Virus record (IMG/VR): IMGVR_UViG_3300045049_000270
Origin: a virus
Lineage: Duplodnaviria > Heunggongvirae > Uroviricota > Caudoviricetes
Length of the DNA stretch: 64,000 nucleotides
Strand: one strand, 5' to 3'
Every line of letters starts with the position of its first letter. Positions within the stretch are counted from its first letter, which is position 1. Below are positions 45,244-54,729 of the stretch, in pieces. The notes beneath the pieces are model-generated. The model was given only the letters and a program-made list of their open reading frames with translations. It did not search any database and was not told where the DNA came from. A program made the position numbers and the translations under genes.

Positions 45244-46761
45244 ATGCTAACAACAAAACTTCTCAACGACAACTTCATTCTAGCTTGTGATTCATACAAG
45301 TTCAGCCACTATCGCCAATTGCCAGTTGGTGTTTGCTATGTACAATCAACAGTTGTACCACGCAAGGTGAATCGTTATACAAAACACATTGTAGTCGGTG
45401 GTGTCAATTACATGGCACGTTATCTTGCTGCAACACGCATTACTCACGCAGATATCGATGAAGCAATTATCGAAGCGCGTGAGCAAGGTTATGAGATCAA
45501 TGAAGCAGGATGGCGAGATATCGTTGATCGTCTAGATGGTCGTCTTCCACTTCGTGTTGAAGCACTGCCAGATGGCACAGTGGTCAACCCTAATACTGCT
45601 GTTGTAACGATCGTTAATACTGATCCAGCTTTCGCATGGTTGCCGTCCTACGTTGAAACTGTTGTTCAACGTATCATCTGGAAGTTTTCCACTGTTGCTT
45701 CCATCTGCCGCGCTGAATACGAATTGCTGATGAAGTATGCAATCAAGACAGGAGCAAACCTGGATATGGTTGTATATCAAATGCACAATTTCGGTGATCG
45801 TGGGGCCGACTCTGATGAAGCTGCGGCATGGGCGGGAATCGCTCACGCAATGGTATTCTCGGGCAGCGACAACTCACGCGCAAACATTAATATCAAACGA
45901 CTCTACAACACCAGAAAGCCATATACGATGTCGGTTGACGCAACTGAACATAGCACGATGTGCGCAAATTCAGATGCTAAAAACAAGAACGACTTCGGCG
46001 CAGCCGTAATGGTTGTTGAAAAGTTGGAAGAAAAGATGCGCCGTTTGCAAGCTGGTACGCTAGTGGGCCTGCCGATCGTTAGCTGCGTTATCGATACCTA
46101 CAACGCTTACCGTTTCATCAAGGACTTCCTCGGTGGTCCAGTATTGAAGCCTCGTATCGAAGCATGTGGCAAGGCTGGTGTAAAACTTGTCCTTCGTCCA
46201 GATAGCGGCGTTCCTGAAGTTGAAGTACCAAAGATCCTGCAACTCGCAGGTGATACTTTTGGTTACACTGTGAACGAACTTGGCTACAAAGAATTGGTAC
46301 CATACATTGGTGTTCTGCAGGGTGATGGCATCAATCAAGACTCGATCCCCGCAATTCTTGAAGCAGCGTGTGATGTTGCGAAGTGGTCGTTTGGTAGTTT
46401 CTTGTTCGGTCAAGGTGGTGGGCTTGTTCACGAAGCTGGTCGCGATGAATTTTCATTCTCGCAAAAAGCAACGGCTATGTCATTCAACCGAGATGCAAGT
46501 GTAAATGCTGATTGGATTTCCCTGTTGAAGGAACCTATCACTGATACAAAGAAGAAGTCCCTGTCAGGCTTCATCATCAACGTGCGTGATGCAGATGGTA
46601 CGGTGCGCAGCATCGATCGCAAGAACTGGTACGGTGAAGCAATCATCCGTAATGTTGTGTTCGAGGATGGTGAACACGATGTTGATGGCGTCAATTTCGA
46701 CGATGTGCAAGCTCGCGCACGAGCAGGTATCAATGCCGAAGCATTGAAGCTCGCCGCCTAA
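45244..46761 (+). CDS. nadV: Nicotinamide phosphoribosyltransferase (NAMPT/NadV)
   Basis: DSYKFSH, WLPSYVET, HNFGDRG, ATEHS, VIDTY, RPDSG, QGDGI, FGQGGGL. Confidence 0.95.
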   Translation: MLTTKLLNDNFILACDSYKFSHYRQLPVGVCYVQSTVVPRKVNRYTKHIVVGGVNYMARYLAATRITHADIDEAIIEAREQGYEINEAGWRDIVDRLDGRLPLRVEALPDGTVVNPNTAVVTIVNTDPAFAWLPSYVETVVQRIIWKFSTVASICRAEYELLMKYAIKTGANLDMVVYQMHNFGDRGADSDEAAAWAGIAHAMVFSGSDNSRANINIKRLYNTRKPYTMSVDATEHSTMCANSDAKNKNDFGAAVMVVEKLEEKMRRLQAGTLVGLPIVSCVIDTYNAYRFIKDFLGGPVLKPRIEACGKAGVKLVLRPDSGVPEVEVPKILQLAGDTFGYTVNELGYKELVPYIGVLQGDGINQDSIPAILEAACDVAKWSFGSFLFGQGGGLVHEAGRDEFSFSQKATAMSFNRDASVNADWISLLKEPITDTKKKSLSGFIINVRDADGTVRSIDRKNWYGEAIIRNVVFEDGEHDVDGVNFDDVQARARAGINAEALKLAA

Positions 46762-46782
46762 GCATTAAATCGTCAGTAACAC

Positions 46783-46811
46783 AAAGGTCCTAGAGCAATC
46801 TAGGACCTTTC
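46783..46811 (+). terminator. Intrinsic terminator
   Basis: AAAGGTCCTAGA-GCAA-TCTAGGACCTTT. Confidence 0.8.
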
Positions 46812-46911
46812 ATTTGTCTTGACATTCTTACCAAATGAATGAATAATCAAGTTAGTAGCTTGCATAAAACTTGAGTACGTTGTATGTTGCAGTACAGCAT
46901 AAGGGGTAAGA

Positions 46912-47265
46912 ATGTCAGTACCAGTCGTCTTTGGAAAACGTGGGCCAGTTCCGAACAAAGAGGAAAATTTCTACGAATGGAACACGTACATTGTGCGACT
47001 CTGTGATGCTCTGCTGAAAACTTCTGATTGCTACCATGTAGTGAACGTTGGTGGTCAAACAGTGTTTAAATATGAACACAAGCTTGCGTCGATACTGCAA
47101 GCTGAGATCCAACTGCGTACAGGACAGATCCTCAACATCAGCCTACTATCAGCTCTTGAACGCTCGTCTGTAGGATTCCAAAACCATCAAGCATTTGCTA
47201 TGGTTATGCACTGGCTTGAACACTACCTGAAAAACGGCCATCTCAATATCAATATTTCCGCTTGA
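46912..47265 (+). CDS. Hypothetical protein, paralog of next ORF
   Basis: AEIQLRTG...LERSSVG versus GEIYRRTG...LEVEASG. Confidence 0.65.
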   Translation: MSVPVVFGKRGPVPNKEENFYEWNTYIVRLCDALLKTSDCYHVVNVGGQTVFKYEHKLASILQAEIQLRTGQILNISLLSALERSSVGFQNHQAFAMVMHWLEHYLKNGHLNINISA

Positions 47266-47323
47266 TTCATATAGCCATTCATTTACAATGGCAACATTCT
47301 TATTCATTTACAGGAGGATAGCC

Positions 47324-47755
47324 ATGATGCAAACAGTGAAACGTATCATTTCAAATTTCCTTTTCCCCGCATCCGGTAAGAAACACTTCAAACCAACTAA
47401 ATTCACTACACGATCAACCAATAGCGATATCTTCGACGGCTGGGACGTGTTCATGCAAGATGCAGTCACTCAACTCCAACGTAAACGTGGAGCATTCAAT
47501 TACATTCCAGAACAACAAGCCATCCAATACGAAATCGATATCCGCAAAACAATCGGTGGCGAAATCTACAGACGAACCGGTATTCACCCCGACCTCAACA
47601 CCATCAAACAACTCGAAGTCGAAGCATCAGGTCACATCGACTACCCACGGCAACTAGCATACCTGGTTTACCGATACGAAGATAGTTTGGTACAACAAAA
47701 TAAAACCAATACGACTAACAATACACTAGCAGAAATGACAGCAGAACTCACGTAA
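47324..47755 (+). CDS. Hypothetical protein
   Basis: AGGAGG RBS before ATG 47324; unusual A/C-ending codons. Confidence 0.7.
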   Translation: MMQTVKRIISNFLFPASGKKHFKPTKFTTRSTNSDIFDGWDVFMQDAVTQLQRKRGAFNYIPEQQAIQYEIDIRKTIGGEIYRRTGIHPDLNTIKQLEVEASGHIDYPRQLAYLVYRYEDSLVQQNKTNTTNNTLAEMTAELT

Positions 47756-47872
47756 TACTAAGGAGGTATATTGGCAGATCCTCCAGAGTCAAAACACTTC
47801 ATACGAGCACTGATAGCGATCATACTGTGGTGTATCACATTGGTCGCTATTATCTTATGCACATCATGCTCA

Positions 47873-47957
47873 ACGAATAATTCATGGAGGTTATTAACTT
47901 TAACTAATGACTTTCACGAATCAATTTAAGAAAGTAATCAAACCCAGGTAGAACTCT
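47873..47957. repeat. Bipartite non-coding repeat, copy 4
   Basis: 25-bp left arm and 19-bp right arm identical to 9142-9226. Confidence 0.85.
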
Positions 47958-48099
47958 TGAAACTTGCCATATTGCATTGATTGCCAGTTATGATAGCTAT
48001 ACTATAACTGATTAAACGGGCCACTCATGAGTATGTGCCCAACAAGAAGGAAGCAAAAGAATTGCGGCGAGCTCAAGCTAAACTTCATAGGAGATATTA

Positions 48100-48642
48100 A
48101 TGAAACTGCATGAATGGCAGGAACATATGAAGAAGAAAACCCGACCTGGTAAAGACTATCACCAACGCAACCAATGGTCGCCTGCCAGCCCCAATCCTGA
48201 TGCAGTGAAGCGGGTTCTAAATCCACTCCCCGTCCCCACCAGGTGCCATCTATGCGGTGGAGAGCACATTTCCCTCGAGAATAACAGTGTGGTCTACAAT
48301 GGTAAGAGTTATGGTGATTGGCCATACATTTACCTTTGCAATGCTTGCCGTGCCTATGTAGGATTGCACCCTGAAACGAACATTCCTCTTGGTACCTTGG
48401 CTGACGAAGAAACACGACAAGCTCGTAAGCTTTGTAAAGATCCTTTCGAAAAGCTTTGGCGTAGTGGGAAGTGGCACCGCAACGAAGCCTACCAGAAGTT
48501 GGCCGAGTTCTTCAACATCGAGAAGGAAGAGTGTCACTTTGCTTGGTTCACGACTGAAATGTGCTACGAGGCTCGCGAGTGGTCGATCGAAAAGCAAAAG
48601 GAACTTGGTATCTACGTCGAAACAACCTACGACAAAATGTAG
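48100..48642 (+). CDS. DUF3268-like zinc-finger protein
   Basis: CHLCG, YLCNACRAYVGLH, PLGTLAD, AYQKLA, ECHFAWF. Confidence 0.85.
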   Translation: MKLHEWQEHMKKKTRPGKDYHQRNQWSPASPNPDAVKRVLNPLPVPTRCHLCGGEHISLENNSVVYNGKSYGDWPYIYLCNACRAYVGLHPETNIPLGTLADEETRQARKLCKDPFEKLWRSGKWHRNEAYQKLAEFFNIEKEECHFAWFTTEMCYEAREWSIEKQKELGIYVETTYDKM

Positions 48643-48644
48643 CC

Positions 48645-48673
48645 TTGCGCATCCCTTCATATGAACATATAAT
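48645..48673 (+). promoter_or_regulatory. Boxed promoter
   Basis: TTGCGC-17-TATAAT with TTCATATGAA at 48656-48665. Confidence 0.8.
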
Positions 48674-48704
48674 AGGGTTCAGGTAAACAACGGAGGGATT
48701 TCAC

Positions 48705-49127
48705 ATGAAGGTGAATCTGCCTCATTTCAATTCACATGTGATCGTCACAGTTCGTGAAAACACGAGCTGGCAGATTGACCGTCCCCCTTATAAAGACTTT
48801 TCCATCGAAGGAAAATTGGTTCGCAGTGCTGAGTGGGATCCTCCTGATACTTTCCGTGTCTTCACTGGCGATCAAGACCACCCCAATGCCGTAATTGCGT
48901 TCAAAAATGTGATTGCATTTGTTGATGGCGAAGGCAAGAAATATCAGCTTCCAAAGTCTGGCCGGTTACCGGAATATATCCAAACATGGGAAGTGAAAAG
49001 TAGCAAAGGTGATAAAACCTATACTGTTACTTGCAAAGGTGACGTCTGGGGATGCGACTGCGTAGGCTTTCAGATGCGAAAACATTGCCGGCACATTGGC
49101 GAAATCCGCGAAAAGGAAGGATTGTGA
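48705..49127 (+). CDS. SWIM zinc-finger protein
   Basis: VKSSKGDKTYTV...CDCVGF...CRH (CxC-xn-CxH). Confidence 0.85.
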   Translation: MKVNLPHFNSHVIVTVRENTSWQIDRPPYKDFSIEGKLVRSAEWDPPDTFRVFTGDQDHPNAVIAFKNVIAFVDGEGKKYQLPKSGRLPEYIQTWEVKSSKGDKTYTVTCKGDVWGCDCVGFQMRKHCRHIGEIREKEGL

Positions 49128-49309
49128 TCAGAAAAGAATTCTTGAATGTGGGTGAACAGCTAAAGCATGATAAGCTTGGTGCTGTTACCTACACCGTTTT
49201 CTGCGATCAATTAGAAAAAGAACATGGTGACAAGGAGACTCTCTTTGTCGAATTGAATGGCAAAGTGTGTTGTTTAACACTTGCACTCATTTCACGAGAA
49301 AAGGAGTAG
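49124..49309 (+). CDS. Small hypothetical protein
   Basis: GTGA overlap with upstream stop. Confidence 0.5.
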   Translation: MIRKEFLNVGEQLKHDKLGAVTYTVFCDQLEKEHGDKETLFVELNGKVCCLTLALISREKE

Positions 49310-49311
49310 GA

Positions 49312-49602
49312 ATGAATAGCAAGCTCACCGAAATGCAAATCATAGGATTGGAAGTCATGGGTTTCACCAAGGAAGTTGTGTATGGTGAAGTGGTGCTGCG
49401 AAAAACTGTAAAGTACAGTATTCTTCCTCAAGATGACATTGAAGACATCATGAATGCTGATGACATCATTCTCAGCAATGAACCCGTTGACGTGTTTGTA
49501 AACGAAGATGGTTCGGTGAGTCTTGAAAGTGGTACCGTTGCTGTCGGACCAATAAATGCGGGCTCTCCGCTTGCAAACAAAATCATAGAGGCATGCACAT
49601 GA
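49312..49602 (+). CDS. Hypothetical protein
   Basis: AAGGAG RBS. Confidence 0.65.
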   Translation: MNSKLTEMQIIGLEVMGFTKEVVYGEVVLRKTVKYSILPQDDIEDIMNADDIILSNEPVDVFVNEDGSVSLESGTVAVGPINAGSPLANKIIEACT

Positions 49603-49832
49603 TATTGGTGAATCCATACACAAACGAACAATTCGAAGTACGAGCAGGTCTTGTTCTTAAACCCAAAAACGCAGCAATTCGACCGGCTCAGGTATTGTCA
49701 GTCAATCTGCGTGATTTGCTGGTGAGCATCGAAGAAAGGTCTTCAGCTAATTACAAAGGCTTTCCGAAGAAACATAATATGGCCTTTGACGATGTAGCAG
49801 AACAATATTATCCCGTCGAATACGCATTCTGA
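49599..49832 (+). CDS. Hypothetical protein
   Basis: ATGA overlap. Confidence 0.6.
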   Translation: MILVNPYTNEQFEVRAGLVLKPKNAAIRPAQVLSVNLRDLLVSIEERSSANYKGFPKKHNMAFDDVAEQYYPVEYAF

Positions 49833-49907
49833 CCTTCACTCTTCAGTTGTGTTGCCAGCCAGGTGAATTTATAATATGGTAACGACAGCAACTCATTAGG
49901 AGGAAGT

Positions 49908-50411
49908 ATGCAACGGCGCAACCTATTTTTCGTAGACGTCTCGGGTAGCATTCGCGCATCGCAATTGGAAGAAGTTATCGACGTTGCAAAAGAAATGGAT
50001 GCCGACGTTGCTTCATTTGATAACCATTTAAATTTGCCCCCAACATATTCAAGAACAATCACCACAGTTGGCCAATTGCGTGGCGGGGGCGGTTCGTATT
50101 TGACCGATTCATTACGCGAACTGCGCGATTTTGATCCTGAAAAATACATGAATTACAAGATTTTCGTTGTGAGTGATTTGATGCTCGAACCACCACGTCC
50201 CTATAATTGGAATGAACTATTTCTAAACGTCATTTTTGTAGCTCTGCCTAGTGTTTCTTCTGACCACTCCGATGATCGTACTGAACAAGAAAACATTGAT
50301 AGATTTCGAAAAGCAATCAATGTTGCGAATCCTGGTGCTTCGGGTTCAGCCATGAATCGCCGAATCGTAACTGTATCGTTCAGCACCATTCACCAATCGT
50401 TGGGGCTCTAG
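49908..50411 (+). CDS. vWA-like (MIDAS) domain protein
   Basis: FVDVSGS, SFD, GGGGS, VVSD. Confidence 0.7.
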   Translation: MQRRNLFFVDVSGSIRASQLEEVIDVAKEMDADVASFDNHLNLPPTYSRTITTVGQLRGGGGSYLTDSLRELRDFDPEKYMNYKIFVVSDLMLEPPRPYNWNELFLNVIFVALPSVSSDHSDDRTEQENIDRFRKAINVANPGASGSAMNRRIVTVSFSTIHQSLGL

Positions 50412-50449
50412 AATAGCCTATAATAGCGTTCCTGGCTAGGAGAGCTCTT

Positions 50450-50899
50450 ATGAATCGAGACATGAAAATTGCGCTGATTGACGTATCGTACACCACGAAT
50501 CTTGCTATAGTTGATCATGCGCTGATTTTTGCTGCTAATCACGGAGCTCTCGTATCGTTCTTTGATACTAAGATTCAACTCGACCCCACACTACCAGATG
50601 TTGCTCGTGTTCATGTCAGTAAGCGATATTCAGATTATTTTTCAACAACCGCTTTTATAGGATCAGCAGTCGATCATATCTCGAAATATGAAGTTGTTAA
50701 ACGGCGCGCCACCGATGTATGGGTTATCAGTAACCTGTATAGTATTGACGTTGTGTACCCATTAGTGATTGATGAAGTCAAGTTGCAATTTATAGCTATG
50801 CCAAACAGTGAAGCAGTTGAATGGTTTAAAGGCGAATACCCTTGGGCTGACGTTTGTAGCTGGCAACAAGCGGAGGATCGATTCGATGTGCGAAAATGA
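50450..50899 (+). CDS. Degenerate vWA-like paralog
   Basis: LIDVSYT, SFFD, VISN. Confidence 0.55.
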   Translation: MNRDMKIALIDVSYTTNLAIVDHALIFAANHGALVSFFDTKIQLDPTLPDVARVHVSKRYSDYFSTTAFIGSAVDHISKYEVVKRRATDVWVISNLYSIDVVYPLVIDEVKLQFIAMPNSEAVEWFKGEYPWADVCSWQQAEDRFDVRK

Positions 50900-51065
50900 A
50901 ACGGGGTTGTGGAAGTATAACAAGACGACTGGTCTATGGGCTCTACAACGAGTCTGCGCAGAATGGACCGCTGAAAATTGGCTTGGTGTTTTCCAGAAGG
51001 ATGATCCCGAGGAATATTTTATCCTGAGCCGCCGAAAGCCCACTGAAAAACCCAATATGAAATAA
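50886..51065 (+). CDS. Small hypothetical protein
   Basis: LWKYNKTTGLW...WLxxFQKDDP; GGAGG upstream. Confidence 0.6.
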   Translation: MCENETGLWKYNKTTGLWALQRVCAEWTAENWLGVFQKDDPEEYFILSRRKPTEKPNMK

Positions 51066-51069
51066 GGAC

Positions 51070-51112
51070 TTGCAGCCATGTTCAAATGATCATAAAATTT
51101 GAACATGGTAAA
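51070..51112 (+). promoter_or_regulatory. Boxed promoter embedded in an inverted repeat
   Basis: TTGCAG-17-TAAAAT; CCATGTTCAAAT / ATTTGAACATGG. Confidence 0.75.
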
Positions 51113-51130
51113 TGAGTGCAAGGAGGGTTT

Positions 51131-51493
51131 ATGGCACAGCAAATGAAAACTTATAATAAGGGCGACATTGTTCTCATCAAGAAGGGAACAACCGTCTATC
51201 TAGGCGATGGCAAAACTCGAATAGCTGGCCGAACATATACGGTGACTGTCCATCGTGAAGCATCAGCATTCCGAGTAAGCGCTCACCTCGCTGTTAGCGA
51301 TCGAGACTATCGTGCAAAGTTGGCTCCACAACAAATCACAGAGCTCGAAACGTTGCGAGATACTGACTTCGAAACTTTCTCCAATACTTGGATTGAACTC
51401 ACTCCGGCTCGTGTTGTGTGGGCTGGATCAGGTTGTTACTGGCACGAAGCAAATGTGAGCGATGTTGAAACTGTAAGTTTTGATCGTTCATAA
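51131..51493 (+). CDS. Hypothetical protein
   Basis: AGGAGG RBS; WAGSGCYW. Confidence 0.75.
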   Translation: MAQQMKTYNKGDIVLIKKGTTVYLGDGKTRIAGRTYTVTVHREASAFRVSAHLAVSDRDYRAKLAPQQITELETLRDTDFETFSNTWIELTPARVVWAGSGCYWHEANVSDVETVSFDRS

Positions 51494-51498
51494 AAGCG

Positions 51499-51541
51499 TT
51501 GACTTCATGTTCATATGAATTTACCATATGAAACATGGTAT
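51499..51541 (+). promoter_or_regulatory. Boxed promoter
   Basis: TTGACT-17-TACCAT, TTCATATGAA at 51510-51519, ATGGTA at +1. Confidence 0.8.
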
Positions 51542-51546
51542 AGGAG

Positions 51547-52089
51547 ATGAACATGAAACCTGCAGGACATCGTGACACTACCGCAGTAACCCTTCCAGTA
51601 GCAATGTCTGCCGAAGCTGATCCTCGCCGTCGTGGACAACGAACCGCTGCTGAACGAGCAGCAGCAGAAGCTGAACGTAAGCAACGCGAAGAAGCGTCAC
51701 GTCTTGCCCGTCGGGCCGAAATGCCCGCTCTGTTGTTTGGGTTGATGGTTCGTTGCCGAGAACTGATGAACGCTGGCTGCGACGTCATGTTCGATCTCTA
51801 CGCTGAAGTACCGAAGGAACATGTTTCTGCAAAGGAATATGGTTTGCCTGGTGTTGTATTCCGTTTCAAGTCAGAATATGCGCGCAACATGGGTGGTGAC
51901 TGGCGTGATTATGTTGAATACGATGTACTCACGGTGGAAGCAGAAGAATGGAAAGTTACTGCTCTTATGCAGAAATTTGAAGCTCTGCAGACAGAAGCTG
52001 ACGAGAAGAAACGTGTTCGTGCTCTAGCTGAAGAAGCGAAGAAACTGTTGACACCGGAACAATTAGCCGCACTCAAACAGTACGGTTAA
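51547..52089 (+). CDS. Hypothetical coiled-coil protein
   Basis: AGGAG RBS; terminator at ~52105-52135. Confidence 0.75.
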   Translation: MNMKPAGHRDTTAVTLPVAMSAEADPRRRGQRTAAERAAAEAERKQREEASRLARRAEMPALLFGLMVRCRELMNAGCDVMFDLYAEVPKEHVSAKEYGLPGVVFRFKSEYARNMGGDWRDYVEYDVLTVEAEEWKVTALMQKFEALQTEADEKKRVRALAEEAKKLLTPEQLAALKQYG

Positions 52090-52210
52090 CACGCTAGACG
52101 CCTCGGAAAGGGAGAGCTGAATGCTCTCCCTTTCCGTTATCTGAAATATTTCACTTGACTCTTAATCAAACGAACGTATCATACACACATATGATGATTC
52201 GGAGAACAAG

Positions 52211-52693
52211 ATGGGAACGTTCAATCATGATGACGAAGGCACTGAAGCAGATTATTTGGACTCAATCTTTACTGACGAAGATTTCGTGCCAGTGAATAGA
52301 GACGAGGATGACGATAACAGTGACGGCGGTGAGTTTGTCATATTACCAAATCGAGCAAGGGAAGAAGCGGCTGCTGCATTGTTTGGGCATACCCGTAATA
52401 GCCACGTCGGCCATGTTTCAGAATCACAGCGTGAAGCTGACCGCGAAAAGTCGTATCAAGAAAAGCGTGATCTTTATACGATTGCCAAGAATGCAAAAGT
52501 AGGCACGATGATCGCATGCCCTAATTGCAAAAAGATACATTTGAAAACCACGTATCACAAGGTTTTCTGCAATAATCAGAAAACGCATCCTGGCAAACGT
52601 AGTTGCAAGGATGGTTACTGGAACACGGTTGATCCAACCCGTCGTGAACGCGCATTGATGTCGGCTGACATGCAAGGTAAAACCCGTCGATAA
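52211..52693 (+). CDS. Hypothetical zinc-binding protein
   Basis: CPNC...FC...CKDGYWN. Confidence 0.75.
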   Translation: MGTFNHDDEGTEADYLDSIFTDEDFVPVNRDEDDDNSDGGEFVILPNRAREEAAAALFGHTRNSHVGHVSESQREADREKSYQEKRDLYTIAKNAKVGTMIACPNCKKIHLKTTYHKVFCNNQKTHPGKRSCKDGYWNTVDPTRRERALMSADMQGKTRR

Positions 52694-52701
52694 GGAGAGC
52701 T

Positions 52702-53025
52702 ATGAAAAACTTGAATGGTTGGATTTCGATTCACGATCAACTTCCACCAGTGTCCGACTATAATCCCAAACTGTCTGTCATTTTGTATTGGTGTGACATG
52801 ACCCAAACTGGGGTAGATGAAAAGGGGCTCATGAAGAACGGGCGACCGAAGAATCGCCACCATTGGGGTTACTTCCATTTCGGTGACTCAGAAAAGAAGA
52901 TTCTACCACACTTCCAGAATGGTGGTTTGGGAATATATCAGTTCGTGCAAGATGCTGAAATGAAGAAAACCTCCATTCCTCAAGCATTATTCTGGCGCTT
53001 ACCTGAACTATTACCTGAGCTGTGA
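52702..53025 (+). CDS. DUF551-like hypothetical protein
   Basis: GWISIHDQLP...FWRLPE. Confidence 0.6.
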   Translation: MKNLNGWISIHDQLPPVSDYNPKLSVILYWCDMTQTGVDEKGLMKNGRPKNRHHWGYFHFGDSEKKILPHFQNGGLGIYQFVQDAEMKKTSIPQALFWRLPELLPEL

Positions 53026-53087
53026 CTGTTGATATCATAGCCAAATTACAGTATCATTTGGCTATGGTGAACATCTAGGAGAGCACA

Positions 53088-53234
53088 ATGGAAATGGTTC
53101 AAATTTCGAAAGAAGAATATGAGCAGTTGCTCGAGCAACAAGCGAAACTAACTGCTCTTGAAGTTGCGGGTGTCGATAACTGGGATGGTTACGCTATTGC
53201 GATGGAAATTTACACGAGAACTGTAACCTCATAA
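53088..53234 (+). CDS. Small phage protein (LExAGVDNWDGY motif)
   Basis: Manual ORF MEMVQISKEEYEQLLEQQAKLTALEVAGVDNWDGY..., AGGAG RBS. Confidence 0.75.
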   Translation: MEMVQISKEEYEQLLEQQAKLTALEVAGVDNWDGYAIAMEIYTRTVTS

Positions 53235-53473
53235 TGAGTGGTTACGGTAGACCTGATGAGGAGCAAGAAAATGCTCAAGCGATGGTGGACAACGCCATCG
53301 CTCTTGCTCGTATGATGATTCACAAAGGTGGATCATCAAAAGTGTGTAATGATTGCGGTAATTCCATCCCAGAAGCACGTCGCGAAGCCTCACGTGGCCG
53401 TAAGTATTGCATTGAATGTCAACCGAAACACGATCGTATGCCGATCGTGAAGGTAGTCACAAGGATGTTGTAG
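53234..53473 (+). CDS. TraR/DksA C4-type zinc finger protein
   Basis: CNDCGNSIPEARREA...CIECQ. Confidence 0.88.
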   Translation: MSGYGRPDEEQENAQAMVDNAIALARMMIHKGGSSKVCNDCGNSIPEARREASRGRKYCIECQPKHDRMPIVKVVTRML

Positions 53474-53543
53474 CCAATCTTATCGTGCATGAATTACTCG
53501 TTACTGTAGAATGGCAATAACCTAATACTGACTCGAGATATTC

Positions 53544-53804
53544 ATGCGCAATCATTACTTCATTTCATATGCTTGGTACTCTGATCATTACGGATCGGGT
53601 CGTGGCCGATGCGAAATTAAACGTCATCGTAATATTTGTGATGCTGATGATCTGCGGGAAATCGAAGATATGATCTCAGAGTTTCCAACGCATCGAAACA
53701 AAAATGTTCGAATTGTCATTCAAGGATGGCAACGATTTGAACCACCGATCCGAGATCGTGCGATCACACGCAAGGCTTTGGCAAAAGGAATGAGGGCATC
53801 TTAA
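53544..53804 (+). CDS. Hypothetical protein
   Basis: YFISY...G.G.CEI pattern. Confidence 0.65.
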   Translation: MRNHYFISYAWYSDHYGSGRGRCEIKRHRNICDADDLREIEDMISEFPTHRNKNVRIVIQGWQRFEPPIRDRAITRKALAKGMRAS

Positions 53805-54023
53805 ATGATTGTAAGAAAAGCGACGAAACATGTTGGTGATGGTTGGTGTGGTCATTGCTACTATGATCGACAAAAGTGTCGAAGCACTGGAGAGCGCAGC
53901 AGACAGTACCATGCGTTTGGTCTTGCGCGGGTTGTCAATGGCCAAGGTGAATCCTTTTGGCGCCTTCTGATCGGACCGTGGGCAATCTGCTGGGGATACG
54001 AAAATCAAGGTGATCGGAATTGA
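53805..54023 (+). CDS. Hypothetical protein
   Basis: Abuts upstream stop. Confidence 0.55.
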   Translation: MIVRKATKHVGDGWCGHCYYDRQKCRSTGERSRQYHAFGLARVVNGQGESFWRLLIGPWAICWGYENQGDRN

Positions 54024-54070
54024 CCGACCGGTTATTTGGTTCACGATAACAATCCATAAAACAGAAAGCA

Positions 54071-54099
54071 TTGATTTTTGCTTCATATGAAGCTATCAT
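54071..54099 (+). promoter_or_regulatory. Boxed promoter
   Basis: TTGATT-17-TATCAT, TTCATATGAA at 54082-54091. Confidence 0.8.
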
Positions 54100-54123
54100 C
54101 TGAATATCTTAAAGAACCAGGAG

Positions 54124-54411
54124 ATGATGATGGCGCTGACTCCGAAAGTACGCAAGCACATACGAGCGCTTAATCAAGCGCTGAACAAGGTTGAAGCTGC
54201 GGCTAATCAATTTCCCGCTAATTCGATGGTGCGCAAGCGTGTAGAAGATAAGCTTGCTTCCAATCGCGAAGCAATCAAGCTTGCTGAAGCAACTGGTGGT
54301 GACAGTGTTCTTCATTTGCCTATTCCGAAAGTATTCGGTACTTGCATTGTCTGGAATATTCGCGAATCGACTAATAGTGACAACGCGCATTTCCCGCATT
54401 CCCTTCGATAA
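54124..54411 (+). CDS. Hypothetical protein
   Basis: AGGAG RBS. Confidence 0.7.
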   Translation: MMMALTPKVRKHIRALNQALNKVEAAANQFPANSMVRKRVEDKLASNREAIKLAEATGGDSVLHLPIPKVFGTCIVWNIRESTNSDNAHFPHSLR

Positions 54412-54437
54412 AGTTTCAAGTTCTAAAATGTTTCAAT

Positions 54438-54707
54438 ATGATCGAACAACAAAGTGATACAGCGAAGGTCTTCGTTGAAGAAGACACAAAACAAACACCG
54501 GCACCACAACAAGAAAGTGTAGTCGAAACATGTCGTCGCAAAATCCAAGAAAAGATGGATCAAATGGCGAAATTGCGTGATGAATTGCGTGATTTGCACG
54601 ACGAATTGGCATCGGTAGTTGATAGCATGGACAGTGCTGTTGATAGTATGCAAGAAGCAATGTTTGCGCTTGAACAAGCTAGTGACTCGATGAGCCAATT
54701 TGTGTAA
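54438..54707 (+). CDS. Acidic coiled-coil hypothetical protein
   Basis: Heptad pattern. Confidence 0.65.
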   Translation: MIEQQSDTAKVFVEEDTKQTPAPQQESVVETCRRKIQEKMDQMAKLRDELRDLHDELASVVDSMDSAVDSMQEAMFALEQASDSMSQFV

Positions 54708-54729
54708 CTACACAAATTAGGAGCGAACA

